This document shows positions 23,105 to 34,902 of a stretch of DNA of 64,000 bases, piece after piece. Source of the DNA: Rebecca billardiae RCC1528. Taxonomy: Eukaryota; Protista; Haptophyta. The notes under the pieces are model-generated. The model saw only the letters and a program-made list of their open reading frames with translations, did not search any database and was not told the DNA's origin. The stretch lies in assembly GCA_965240325.2 (NCBI GenBank), contig OZ251236.1, forward strand, positions 682,001 through 746,000, written 5' to 3'. Position 1 is the stretch's first letter. Each line of letters begins with the position of its first letter. The position numbers and the translations under genes were made by a program.

Positions 23105-24102
23105 CTATCTCTTTGTTGGCCGCGGGGAAGATACGCTAGCGTATCTTCGATGGCGCCCCGGCGCGCGTGAGCTCTGACGGCGCGTAGGAGGCGCGCGCGA
23201 GGGCGGCCGCGGGCGCGATTGATGCCTGGGACCTCAACGACAACTCACATGACGAGACCTTCTCTTCTGATGCCGATGACGGCCCTCCAGAGGCGACCGC
23301 GCTCGACGACGGTCGTGATTTGGACGACTGCGGCGCTGCGCGGCGTGAGGGCGGAGGAAAGCGGCGCGGCGCAGGGCTTCGAGCGGGCTGTGGCGATGGA
23401 GCAACTTATCATCGTCAACGCCATCGCCCCGAGTGCCACCGCGCTGCCGCACGCCACGCCAGTTGCGCCAGTGCAAGCTACGCGCGGCCGCTGCGGCACG
23501 AGCCGGGGGCGTGGCCAGCAGCGCGGTGGCCGCGGTGCCTGAGCAGGGCGTTGCAGGTGCGACCAGCGCGCCGCTGCCACCGCGCGCTCGTCAACAGTTG
23601 ATGGAGTCGCGAATGCCGTACGTCCCGCCGACTAGCCCGCCCTGTGTGCTGTCGCCGTGACCCCTCAATGCTGTTGGTCGTCCGACGACGAGCTGCCGAG
23701 CGCGTCGCTGAGCGTGTCGCTCAAAACGTCAGTCGTGGAGCTCTCTGACGTGCGCGGCGCTTGCTGCCCATTAAGTCAATCATGTTGGGCACCTCCTGGG
23801 GCACCTCTGGCTGAAGTCTTAGCCTCTGAGGTCTCGAACATAGCCGGCGCTAGCGTACTACCGGCACCCTCAAAAGGAAGATATACGCTAGCGTCCTTCG
23901 ACTTTTGGACGGTTCCGGCGGTCGGACGGTCGCCTGCGGCACCTGACGCCCAAACCCGAGCGGGTCCCAAGGTTTTCGAGGTCGCTGAACGCATTTGCCG
24001 CTGGGGCCGAGGTCTGAAAACCAAGCGATTGCGGCGTTTTTCGCGATTTTGTGGTCGGAAGGACGCTAGCGTATCTTCGGCCAACAAACTACAAAGAGAT
24101 AG
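23105..24102. mobile_element. Non-autonomous TIR element (~1.0 kb)
   Basis: Left end CTATCTCTTTGT-TGGCCG..GAAGATACGCTAGCGT; right end reverse complement CTATCTCTTTGT-agttTGTTGGCCG-AAGATACGCTAGCGT. CGCTAGCGT motif is repeated internally. No transposase and no clear TSD. Confidence 0.7.
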
Positions 24103-24480
24103 CTAGCAGTTACTAACTGTACGGATCACTATGCCCGCTATGGCCGCTATGGCCCCGCGCGGCCGTCCCGCGTAGACATGCGCGAGTCAGAGAGTGCGGC
24201 CACTGGCCATCACTGCCGCGGGTAAATAACCGCGCCGGAAATATACGATCGGACGGAATCGGACGCAGCCGGGTCTTGTCTAACAACTGCTATAATAACC
24301 GACCGGTCCGTCCGACTCGTCAGTCTCAAGGCCGCGCTCAAGCTTTATACGATCGCGGTGCAGGCTATGCTCTGCCACCAACGCCGACTTCGTGTCTGAC
24401 GATATCGGGCACTGCCGCCGACGAATCTCATTCTCAATCAGGAGACCCGCGTCGTCCTACCTGTGTCGTGAAATCATATA

Positions 24481-26193
24481 GGGGGGCCAAAGTGGCACTG
24501 TAGCGTTACTGACGGCCACGAGCGCGGGTCCTAGCGAGTGTTTAGAGCTGATTTCGGGCTGGATCATTTGCCCTCTGGAGGGGTCTGGGCCGGCCATGTA
24601 AAAAAATCAGGTGCACATACCCTGAATATAGGGCGTAACGGCTAGCATATTTACTTATTAGAATGAGCCTGAACTTATTGGAAACGGCATGTAACGGTCG
24701 TCCTATATGTGACATATAGACCATGTCGACCTCACTTTGTTAGAGCATCTCAGCGAGATCGTTCTGAGTCCCCAGCAGCAGCAGGTCCCAACATGCGATA
24801 TAGGCTGTGTACTGGCAGGCTGTCAAATATGTAGTTTCCTAGAAGCCACCGATCGTTACATACCCACTGTGTATATAGGCGCCATGCTGATGAATACAGC
24901 CTCGTCTGATCTCGAGCTGCGAGATACGTTTTCAGACTGTGTATACGGCCACGCGTACGGCGTATTGCAGACATATTAGACCCAAAGCACCGGCCCCACG
25001 TCCTCAGCCCGGGAGTGCTCTCGGTCATAGTCAAGGTTTAAAGTCACTCGAGCCAACCGTCACCGCTCCCTGGCCGAGACCTACGAGGCAGGTCAAATCT
25101 GTCGTCGTCGCAGTGCGGCACAGTGCCGAGCATGCGATTCGGCAGCAAACGTCTGCTCCAGGCGGTGGCTGGCGTGTCTGCACCAAACCAGGCTGGATGG
25201 GATTGGTCCACATAGGTACGCACTACCCTGTTCCGCGCTATTTCTGGGCTTAGGGGCGGATATTCGGCCTACAGAGGCTGATCCGGCGCTGTTCGGCGCT
25301 CCTGGCTGGCTGCGCGGAGCCCAACGGCAAGCGCCGGCGTGTGCAAGGTGTCAAGATTGAGACGGTCTCTGACGCTCCCGCCGGTCTTGGGCGCACCAGG
25401 GTGCATGAGGGCCCATCTGCATCTGCTTCTGCAGGCATGAGCGTCACAGGGGCGCGCTTGCAGGCACGGTCGAGTGCACGTCGGACCTGTCGAATGAGCC
25501 AACCGCTGCCTGCGAGCACGTCCGCGACGTCCTGAGAGGCGAATGGGAGGCGCCCAGACGCCATCAGAGGGCACACGTGACCCATACCCAACGTACTGAC
25601 CATCGCAAGTGCCACGGCAGGTGCAAACACGGGCCCTACAAGCGGAACATGACAGTTGCGAGCTCCGCGGAGGTGCTGTGCGCGAGCTCGCGCCGGTCTG
25701 CTGACGGCGATTCCGGCGCAGTAGGGCAGGTTAGGCGAGCTGGGCATTCACAGACATACATGGACGATTGGTCCGAGCATCGATCTCATTGGTCCGAGTT
25801 GATCATGCGCCACAACGTGCGGTAGCGTAGCGGGCGTACGCAGCGCACCAATTCAAGCCGGCCGACGCGCGCCGCGCACGGCGCGAGGTGGCCAAGAAGC
25901 GGGTGGTGAGCCGCTGGTGGCGCAAAGGCACGGGTCAGTAGCGCCCACCAGCGTCACGCGCGCGCGCACCCGAGACCATCTCGGCGTATCATGGGACGCG
26001 AGCGCGCGGCGGTCCACTGCCTCCGGCCGCTCGTGCTGGAGCGGAACCGAGCTCTGAGCGCCCGAAGGCGTCGGAGCTCGATTTTCGAGCGGGGTCCGAG
26101 AAAAGGGCTCCGCGCCACCCTAAAAGGCCGAGGGCGGAGCGAAAATGCGACGCGACTTTGCTTTTCATTTTTAAATGGGCGGTTTGGCCCCCC
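24481..26193. mobile_element. Non-autonomous TIR element (~1.7 kb) flanked by TA/TATA
   Basis: TATA|GGGGGGCCAAA ... TTTGGCCCCCC|TATA. Lower-GC interior without a recognisable ORF. Confidence 0.7.
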
Positions 26194-27081
26194 TATATAA
26201 AATTATCATAGAATGAGTCTGAACTCTGAAGTCTGAAGACTACTCTGCACTCTACTCTGCTGATGAACCGCGGATACGCGGACGACCGGACGTCCGTAAT
26301 ACGGTCCGGCGGAACTCGGCCCGTCAGAGCCGCAGAGCGGAGTCAGCCAGCCGCCCGGAGGCCGGACTCCGGCCAGGCTCCGAACTACTGCTGCGAGTCC
26401 TGAGTCTGGCGCCAGTGGCTGCCAGTCACTGGCATGAGGCATCATCACTACTGACTACACTAATGAACACTGTGCGGACACCGCGTGCGGCCAGGCTCAG
26501 CGCCAGCGGCCGCACGCGGCCCAAGAGGCAAGACTGATCGAGCCGCAAGGGAGGCCTGGTCACCTGGTGTACCACGGCCCGTGTGGCTGCCGGCCGCACG
26601 CAGCCGCGCGGGTCACTCCGCGGATCCGCGCGCCGAGCCGTCCCCGGATCGTCCACAGTCAGCCCAGTGGTGAGTCTTGAGACGACGCCGCTGCCGCTGG
26701 CGGCGGCTCACCATCAATCAAAGTCGCGGACAACTCCGCGGAGCCTGCTGGTCTGACTGGCGCGGCGGGCGCCGCGTGGCGGCGTGGCGGCAGCTCGCTG
26801 CTGCGGACGCGCGTGATGGCCTGCGACGTGCGGGCGTGCCTCCAAGGCATCGCTGCACACGCTGGCGGTCGTTCTTCGCCTCGGGGGTGCGAGGCGTGGG
26901 TGGGTAGGGTAGGGTAGGAGAGAGGCCGAGGTGCGGAGGAGGCCGGAGGGTGAGGGCGAGCAAAAGCTCGACAAGAGCGCAGTAGAAGTGGTGTACAGCG
27001 ATTAGGGTCCGCGCCAGGACGAGCGAGCGAGCACGAGGGCTGCTGCGCCGCGAGGCCGCGTGGGCCGCGCGCGCGCCGCGC

Positions 27082-28273
27082 TCAGTACGCCGTGAGCGCG
27101 AGCTGCTCGTCCACGAACGTCGGCGACGGCAGCGGCAGCATCTCGGCGTCCTTGCCCGAGACCGCTCCGCGCGATAGCATCCTGTCGTGCAGCCGCGCCC
27201 AGTCGTCCGAGTAGTCGCGGGCGAAGACGCTGCGAGGTGCGGGCGCGCGGGGAGCGCGGGGGGCGAGTGAGCCACGCGCGCGCCGCGCACTCTCTCGCGC
27301 CCGGGCGCGCCGCGGGCCCGGCGCGCCCACGCACTCGAGCAGGTGCGAGACCGTGTTGGTGAGTGCCTGCGAGCCGTAGCCCGTCTCGCGCTCGAGCTCG
27401 GGCGCCCACGTGGGGCAGATGGAGAGCAGCATGCGCGCGGCGTACACGGCGGAGCACGCGTTGAGCGAGGCGGGCTGGTCGTCGACGGCGAACTCCTGCA
27501 CGATCAGGTCGAGGAAGAACTCGGCGTACTTGCGCACAGTCACCTCCTCCTCGGATGCGCCGAGAGCGCCCGGGCCGCTCAATCGGTGGATCGGCCGCGC
27601 GTCGCCGTGCTGCCCGCCGATGGCGTCGCCGGGGCGCAGCAGGTCGCCGAGGACCAGGCTGCCATAAAAGTCGTGCGCCGTCGAGCAGTGCGCGACCCAG
27701 CCGAGCGAGCACAGCACCGACACCTCCATCCGCGCGACGTCGCGCTCGCCGTATCGTGCCGTGCAGTGCTCCGCAAACACGCGCGCGCTCGGCACGGCGG
27801 ACTCCTTCTCGCACTGCTTCGCGCCCAGCCGGAGGCACGCGATGACGAGCACGTCGAAGCTCTCGATCAACGGGACCTCCTCGTGCAGCACGACCCGGTC
27901 CAGGTAGTTGCCTGCGCGGCACGTGAAGGACGCCGCGTCGCAGAGCAATGGTTAATGGCACGCTCGCTATGCGCACGCACGCCGCTGCGGTGCTGCTGCT
28001 GCGCGCGCGCGCGGGGGAGCGGGCACGCGCGCGCGCACAAGCTGTGTGCAAGGTGGATTTGTGCAGGTCGAGCACATCGACGATCTCGCGCATCCACACG
28101 ACGAGCTCGCGCCGGCCCTGAATGAACTGCGACGTGACGCTTGTCGCGTTGCGGGCCCTGCGCAGCTGCCGTCGCTCGCGCAAGCGGAGCGTGTCGGCGA
28201 CCTCTGCGCGGATCGGCTGGAGCGACGATTCGATGATGGCTCCAGCCATGGTCGCCTCGGTCGCCACACCCAT
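27082..28273 (-). CDS. Cyclin (N-terminal cyclin box); 3 exons
   Basis: RRELVVWMREIVDVLDLHKSTLHTA|CNYLDRV, IACLRLGAKQCE and MEVSVLCSLGW; introns 27912-28038 and 27230-27334. The 3' end could extend through one more intron. Confidence 0.85.
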
Positions 28274-29582
28274 CGCCGGCGCGATGACGTGCACGTGCAC
28301 AGTTCGAGAATTCAACCCGCCGCCGCCGCCCTCTCGCGAGCCACGCGAAGCAACCGCCGTTTGGCTTGACACGCGGCCCAACTCGCCGGTTGCTCAAACC
28401 CTGGGATGCTCGGGTCCCGAAAAGGTGATTGGAGCTTCAAACTTCCACTTTTTTAAGACATTGACGCGCTTTTTCATTCGAATTCCCACTATGGTACCAT
28501 CCCGCAAACCTGAAGTACCCCTGTTGGCGGCTGCGATTGGGCCAAACTAAAACCTTGATTGGTCATCAGGCTGACCCAGTTTTATTTATAGTAGTAGCCA
28601 TGCTGATTTCAGCTAGTAATCCACTCTCTGAGTGTGCCCCGGCCGTGAAGCGACACAGGGCGCCCGCCCCCCTGCCGTGCGCCCGCCCCGGCCGGCGCCC
28701 TGCGCGACGGAGAGCGAAATTCGGCCGAGAGCTCCCTTGACCCACGGGCGCATCACGGGCAGACTTGCTGAGCGCGGACGTCCTGCGGGCCGTGGCCTCT
28801 GACTCGAGTGCTCCGCAGTGTCTGCATCAGCTAGCGCGAAGAGGCTGAACGAGCACCGCGGAGTCCAGTCCGCAAGGCCGGTGCCCCGCCTCGGATGCGC
28901 AGGGGTCGATGCTGCCGGCACGGGACGCAGGCAAGGCAGACTGTGCACACTGTATTCAGCGTATCGTCACATGGCCAACTCTTGGCGTCTCCTGGCGGGC
29001 TTCCTGGCTGCACTGCTGCTCGAGGACGCCACGCCCACGGCTGTCGCCGCGGGCCACGCATGCGTGAATAATGCCACTGCCTCTCGCGTGCTGATGTGAT
29101 TGATCGCGGCGTGTCATGATCCGGTGTGGGCACCCTCATTCCGAGCGCTCCTGCCCAGTGGGCGCGTCGCCACGCAATGCTTTCTCGTCCACGTGCGAGG
29201 TCCCGAGGCGGGCGGTCACGACCGCGTCGGAGAGCCAACCGCCCAACGTTGCCGGTCGGGAGCGCGCTCGCACCACAGAAGTCACCGGGCTGGAGAGCTG
29301 CTCGGGACTCGGGAGAGGCTCAGCAGCAGAGGCAGCCATCGTGTCCGGCCGCGGAAAGAAGCTTCTGATGACCAGGACGTTCGGCCGCGGACCACGCGGA
29401 CGGGCGCGGGCGGAGGGTGCCTTATGAATCTCAGACTGCAGCTCGCCCCAGCTGGCTACTGCCAACTACTGCGGCGGCCGCGTGGAGATGCGCCAAGCAA
29501 GTGACGCAGCTTTTGTGCCACGGGCGCTCGCGCGTCATCTGACCGCATCGACGTTCGCTCTCGCCCGCCGCCGCCTGCATCC

Positions 29583-31323
29583 ATGTCGTCGAACCCGTCC
29601 CTGAAGGAGGCCGATCCGGAGGCCTGGGAGATCATCGAGAAGGAGCGCGTGCGCCAGCGCGATGGGATCGAGCTCATCGCGTCGGAGAACTTCACGTCCA
29701 AGGCCGTGATGGACGCGCTCGGCTCGTGCATGACCAACAAGTACTCGGAGGGCATGCCGGGCCACCGCTACTACGGCGGCAACGAGTTCATCGACCAGAT
29801 GGAGAACCTGTGCGTGGCGCGCGCGCTCACCGCCTTTGGCCTGGACAGCTCCAAGTGGGGCGTCAACGTGCAGCCCTACTCGGGCAGCCCAGGTGTGCGC
29901 CCAGCTCTCGCGCGCGGGGCCGGCGGCGGGCGGCGCGCGCTCTGGGGGCCGGCGGCGGGCGGCGCGCGCTCTGGCGGCACGCGTGCCTGGCGGGCTGGCT
30001 GGCTGGCTCGCACTCGGCAGCCGCGCGGCCGCGAGTGGCGCGCCGCGTGTTCACCCGCCCCGCTCGCCCCTGCCCCGCCCCTCGCTCCGCGCGCAGCCAA
30101 CTTCGCCGTGTACACGGCGCTGCTGCAGCCGCACGACCGCATCATGGGCCTCGCGCTCGCGTCGGGCGGGCACCTGACGCACGGGCACTACACGCCGAAG
30201 AAGCGGATCTCGGCGACCTCGATCTACTTCGAGTCCCTCCCGTACCACGTGAACAACGACACCGGCCTGCTCGACTACGACGAGATCGAGCGGATGGCGA
30301 AGCTCTTCCGGCCGAAGATGATCATCACGGGCGCGTCGGCCTACCCGCGCGAGTGGGACTTCGGGCGGTTCCGCAAGATCGCGGACGAGGTGGGCGCGCT
30401 GCTGATGGCGGACATTGCGCACTTCTCCGGCCTCGTCGCCACCGGCCTCCACGCCTCGCCCTTCGAGGTGTGCGACATCGTCACGACGACGACGCACAAG
30501 TCGCTGCGCGGCCCGCGCTCCGGCATGATCTTCTACCGCAAGGGCGAGAAGACGCCCGCGGCGGAGGGCAAGCCGGCGGAGATGTACGAGTTCGAGGAGG
30601 CGATCAACATGGCGGTGTTCCCCGCGCTGCAGGGCGGCCCGCACAACCACCAGATCGCCGCGCTCGCCACCGCGCTCAAGGAGGCGTCGCAGCCGGACTT
30701 CAAGCAGTACGGCGCGCAGGTCATCTCCAACTGCAAGGCGCTCGCCGCCGCGCTCATGTCCAAGGGCTACAAGCTCGCGACGGACGGCACGGACAACCAC
30801 CTGATCCTGTGGGACCTGCGGCCGCTCGGCCTCACCGGCTCCAAGATGGAGAAGCTCTTCGATCAGTGCCACATCACCCTCAACAAGAACTCGGTGCACG
30901 GCGACGTGTCGGCGATGACGCCCGGCGCCATCCGCATCGGCACGCCGGCGATGACGACGCGCGGCCTCAAGGAGGCGGACTGGCAGCAGGTGGCGGAGAT
31001 GCTGCACCGCGGGATTCAGATCGCACTTGAGATCCAGGAGACCAGCGGGTGCGCGGTCGCGCGCGCCGCCGCCACCCCGCGCCGCCGCGCGCGGCTGGAC
31101 CCGCACAGACCTGCCGGTCGCAGCGTGCGTTCGCGCGCGCGCGAGTGCCAACGCTGACCCGCCACCGCGCGCGCGCGCGCGTGCTCTCTCGCCGCGCAGG
31201 AAGAAGCTGGTGGACTTCGTGGCGGCGCTCGACAGCAACCCGAAGCTGCCGGAGCTGCGCGCGGATGTGGAGGCGTTCTCGCGCAAGTTCTTCATGCCGG
31301 GCCGCGAGGTGTGGGGCAACTAG
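29583..31323 (+). CDS. SHMT: Serine hydroxymethyltransferase, second paralogue, no presequence (probably cytosolic); 3 exons
   Basis: [32 protein letters not shown]|[25 protein letters not shown] and GGPHNH; introns 29893-30096 and 31049-31199. Confidence 0.96.
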
Positions 31324-32365
31324 GCGCGCGGCGGCGTGCGTGCCGCGGGGCAGCAACGACACTCTCTTCCACTGCCGCTGCCCCGCGGTAGAGCCGGCGA
31401 GGCTGTCGTCGGCCCAGCCACACCCACCGCCGCTCGCCCTGCCGCCCGCTACCGGTGCTTCGCCACCTGGTGCGGCCTTGGAGCTTGGCACACTGGCGCG
31501 TGTGCTGATCACCAGCGGGGCGATGGCGGGCTGCCCGCGCACAAGCGCCGGCGGCGGTGGGCGTAGGGAGCGGCCGGCACGGCCGGCTCCTCGCGCCTGC
31601 CGCCTGCCAGCGACCGCCGGGCTGTAGACCATGTGCCTGCACCTCCTGCTGCACCACGCAGGACTCGATTTCTGGTGTGGCCCTGGCACGCCGGATGGCA
31701 CCATCAACGTGATCCTTGCCAGAGAGGCGGGCTCTGATCGATGTGCGCATCGACTGAGAGCGCGCGCTGCGGCGCCGCGGCGCCGTCGGCAGGTCGCATC
31801 GGAGGCCATCCTTGGCTGCGCTGCAATGTCAACTACTGTACCCGAGGTTACCTTGAGATTGAGCCCGGCACTGTCGTCCACAGTGATCTCCGTCTGCTGA
31901 CGAATCTAAATCGGCTACTGATCAGCTCATCATGCCCGTATCGGACTATCAGCAGGACTCGATCCGCCGCGTCCGAGTCTGCGCGAGATTCTCCACTCCG
32001 AGAATCGAGTGAGGCGGCGGCCCCGCGGCCGGCATTATTAACTCCGGTCGGCCGCCGATCACGACTGATGAACCAGCCACCAGGCCGCCGGCGCCGCCCG
32101 CGCGCGCGCGGCGCGCACGGCCCGCCGCCGGACGGGCAGCCGGACTCTTAGGAGCGGCGGTCCAAGCCGAGACGGCGCGAGAGACATCACTGCCCGAGAG
32201 CCCCGATCGGCCCGAGACCGAGTGTCACAGACCGTAGTACTAGTCGTCGACGTCGTCACAGCAGAAGCCTTCGTTCCGATCCGCGCCGGTCTCGGGTCTG
32301 GCACGGACCGGCGCGGACGAAGGCTTATTCGCATTTCAGAAGGGCGGAAGGCGGGCGGATAATAT

Positions 32366-33402
32366 CAGGGACCGTCGCTCGCACTTTCCGCGGCTGCGAG
32401 TAGAGTGAACTCGCACTCGCACTTTTGAGGGGACTTTGCGAGTGCACTGCGAGTTGAACTCGCAGGCCCACTGGGCGGAATGGGCGGCTGCGAGTGCGAG
32501 TGCGAGTAAAGTGCGAGTCCCAACTCGCAAAGTGCGAGTCCCAACTCGCAACGTGTCCGGGGGCGCAGCCCCCGGACACGCCCAGCGGGGGGTCCGGGGG
32601 GCCTCCCCCGGGGCCCCGCCGGCCTGAGGCGAAGAAAATTTTTGGCCCTATTTGGCCCTATTAGAGCATGCCTTACACCCGACCCGCCGCCCTGACCACC
32701 CTGCCGATGCCGCCCTGACGAGGCGCCCTCCAGGCACTCAGTCCTCACTCAGACATAGCCGTAAGCGCCACCGATCGCCGCCGCCTCCCGCTCAGCAGCA
32801 GCGTCAGCCTCAGCTGCCAGATTCTGGTCAGCAGACGCCAACCCAGCAATGGCGAGGTTCAGCATGTCAGGTCGGATGTTTGCCGCGTCGAGCTGCTCCG
32901 GCGGGATGTCCCGCAGGAACGTCCTGCACCACTTCATGAAGAGCTTGTTGGCCTTCAAAGTGGTGACCCACTCGACCTCGTCGTCGGCCAAGTTGGTGTT
33001 GAGCGTACTCACCACGACGTTGCCGACCGAGATGACCCGCTCGCAGAAGCTCTCCGCCGCCAGCGCGCCGATCTGCGCGCGCGAGCAGAAAGCCATCTGC
33101 GGGATCGGGTAGTACTCGCCGCTCTCCATGAGGCGGCGGTACAGCTTGCCCACGTCGAGCGGCAGGAGGTCGCGAACAATGTCGATCTCGTGCGGGTCAG
33201 TCGGGATACCCGCATCGGGGTACTCCTTGGGCCAGTCGATGACCACGCCCGTGAGCCACTTCTTGATCGTGCCCTTGCACCTCAGCAGCCGCGCGGCCTC
33301 GCGGTGCTCGCGCTCGCGGCGCTCGCGCTCCTCCGGTGGCGTCTCAGGTGCCAGCGGCGACGCCAGGTCCGAGTCGTCGTCGACACCGTCGCCATACGCC
33401 AA
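32366..33402 (-). mobile_element. Truncated hAT-superfamily DNA transposon (one end plus transposase C-terminus)
   Basis: CAGGG terminus at 32366; about 13 ACTCGCA/TGCGAGT subterminal motifs in both orientations (32378-32550); hairpin GTGTCCGGGGG..CCCCCGGACAC; adjacent hAT-like ORF fragment. Confidence 0.75.
32749..33402 (-). pseudogene. hAT transposase C-terminal dimerisation domain fragment
   Basis: YYPIPQMA...GALAAESFCERVISVGNVVVSTLNTNLADDEVEWVTTLKAN resembles the hAT dimerisation consensus (ERxFS...L...E....L..N). No ATG; truncated at an AT-rich junction. Confidence 0.75.
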
Positions 33403-33792
33403 TGATGGTAATATTATTATAATATATCCGACGATAATGAAAGGGACGATATATTTAAGCAGCAGTTAAAATTTGAAGTGACGCAGCGCAGCTGACGCCG
33501 CGCTGCGCCGTCGGCAAGGAATATCATCACTGACAGGCGGCGCGGATTTATGATGATCATCATCGACGCGCTACTATAATATTATATAAAAGTATATATA
33601 ATGCGATATATATCTGATGATGATGACGATGACGACGACGACAGTATGAGTAGCTTATAATAATAATTATGTTTAGGAATAAGTTGATGTAAAGCCTAGT
33701 TGTAGCGCGCGCGTCCGAGCGTGCGCCATCGGTTGCAGTGTGATAATGGCTGATGCGGCGCGCCGGGTCGGTTGATCCAGCCGCATCCGGCC

Positions 33793-34647
33793 CTACTCCG
33801 CTGCTGGTAACCTCGGGCGCGCCAGCGCCTCCACGGTGCGAGCGCATGCGCCTCGATACGGAAGCAAGCCGAGGAACAGCTCGCGCGTGTCCGTCATGGC
33901 TGCTCCGTCCAACGCTGGCTGACCGAAGATCACGTGCCACGAGTACTCGAGCAGATTGTGGAAGCAGCGCTCCCTCCGCGTAGGCGCCACCGATTCGCCG
34001 TATGGCGGGCATGCCTGCGTGTAGTTGTACAGCCGCGCGTAGAACGCGCGTGGGTGTGCGCGGATCCTGCGGCGCGACACGACAAACTGCGCGCTGCTCT
34101 CCGACTGGAGGCAGGGCGCGGGGGCGGGCAACTCGGGGTACAGCCAGCGCATGAAGGTGCTGTTCAGGGTTTGCCCGAATTCGGTGTGCTCCACCATGTG
34201 ATGGCACCACTCGTGCCTCACCGGCGTAATCGACGCGTACAGGTCGCCGCGGCACGGCGTGCGCTCCAAAGCGCGAATCAGCGCTTTCACTGCGCGGACG
34301 AGCTCGTCGAGCGAGCGCCGCTGGTGCCAGGCCTGCCAATGCCCGTGCACGAAGAGGGCGTACTCGGGGAGCACGTCGTATTGCTCGAGCAGCCACTGCG
34401 CATAATTCGCTCCCTCGCGCCTATTGCGATGGTCGACGCCTCGGAACATCTCCTGCAGCACGACGACGGGCGCGTGCAGGGGCGGCGGGGGTGCAACCGA
34501 GACGACGAGCAGCCTTGGCCTGGCGGTCGTAGGCTGGATCGCAATTGGATGAGTCAGAAGCAAGCATGCGAGCTGCCAAGCCCACTTGGTGCGGGGTCGG
34601 GATGGTGGGACGGAGACGGTTCGACTACGAGTTGTCATCACCACCAT
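33793..34647 (-). CDS. DUF3431 family protein
   Basis: REGANYAQWLLEQYDVLPEYALFVHGHWQAWH, SAQFVVSRRRIRAHPRAFY and LEYSWHVIFG match DUF3431 motifs; hydrophobic N-terminal segment. Start uncertain. Confidence 0.8.
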   Translation of the reverse strand: MVVMTTRSRTVSVPPSRPRTKWAWQLACLLLTHPIAIQPTTARPRLLVVSVAPPPPLHAPVVVLQEMFRGVDHRNRREGANYAQWLLEQYDVLPEYALFVHGHWQAWHQRRSLDELVRAVKALIRALERTPCRGDLYASITPVRHEWCHHMVEHTEFGQTLNSTFMRWLYPELPAPAPCLQSESSAQFVVSRRRIRAHPRAFYARLYNYTQACPPYGESVAPTRRERCFHNLLEYSWHVIFGQPALDGAAMTDTRELFLGLLPYRGACARTVEALARPRLPAAE

Positions 34648-34902
34648 CAGCGCCCCGCCCGGCGAGGCGCCATCGCTCACTGCCAGCGCATCCAGTGCGA
34701 GACCGTTGGCGCGGTGATTCGTGGACGACTCGTGATTCGTGGACGTGAGGCGCTAAACTAACTTGAGTAACTAAGTACTCAGGTCGTTCCAGCGGCACAG
34801 GTCTCCGGGACATAGCTGCCGAGCTGGCAGCACCGGGCCGACTGTAAGGTCCTCCGCCTGCGGCGCACTACGCCATCGCACGGACCCCCGCGACGCACGG
34901 CA

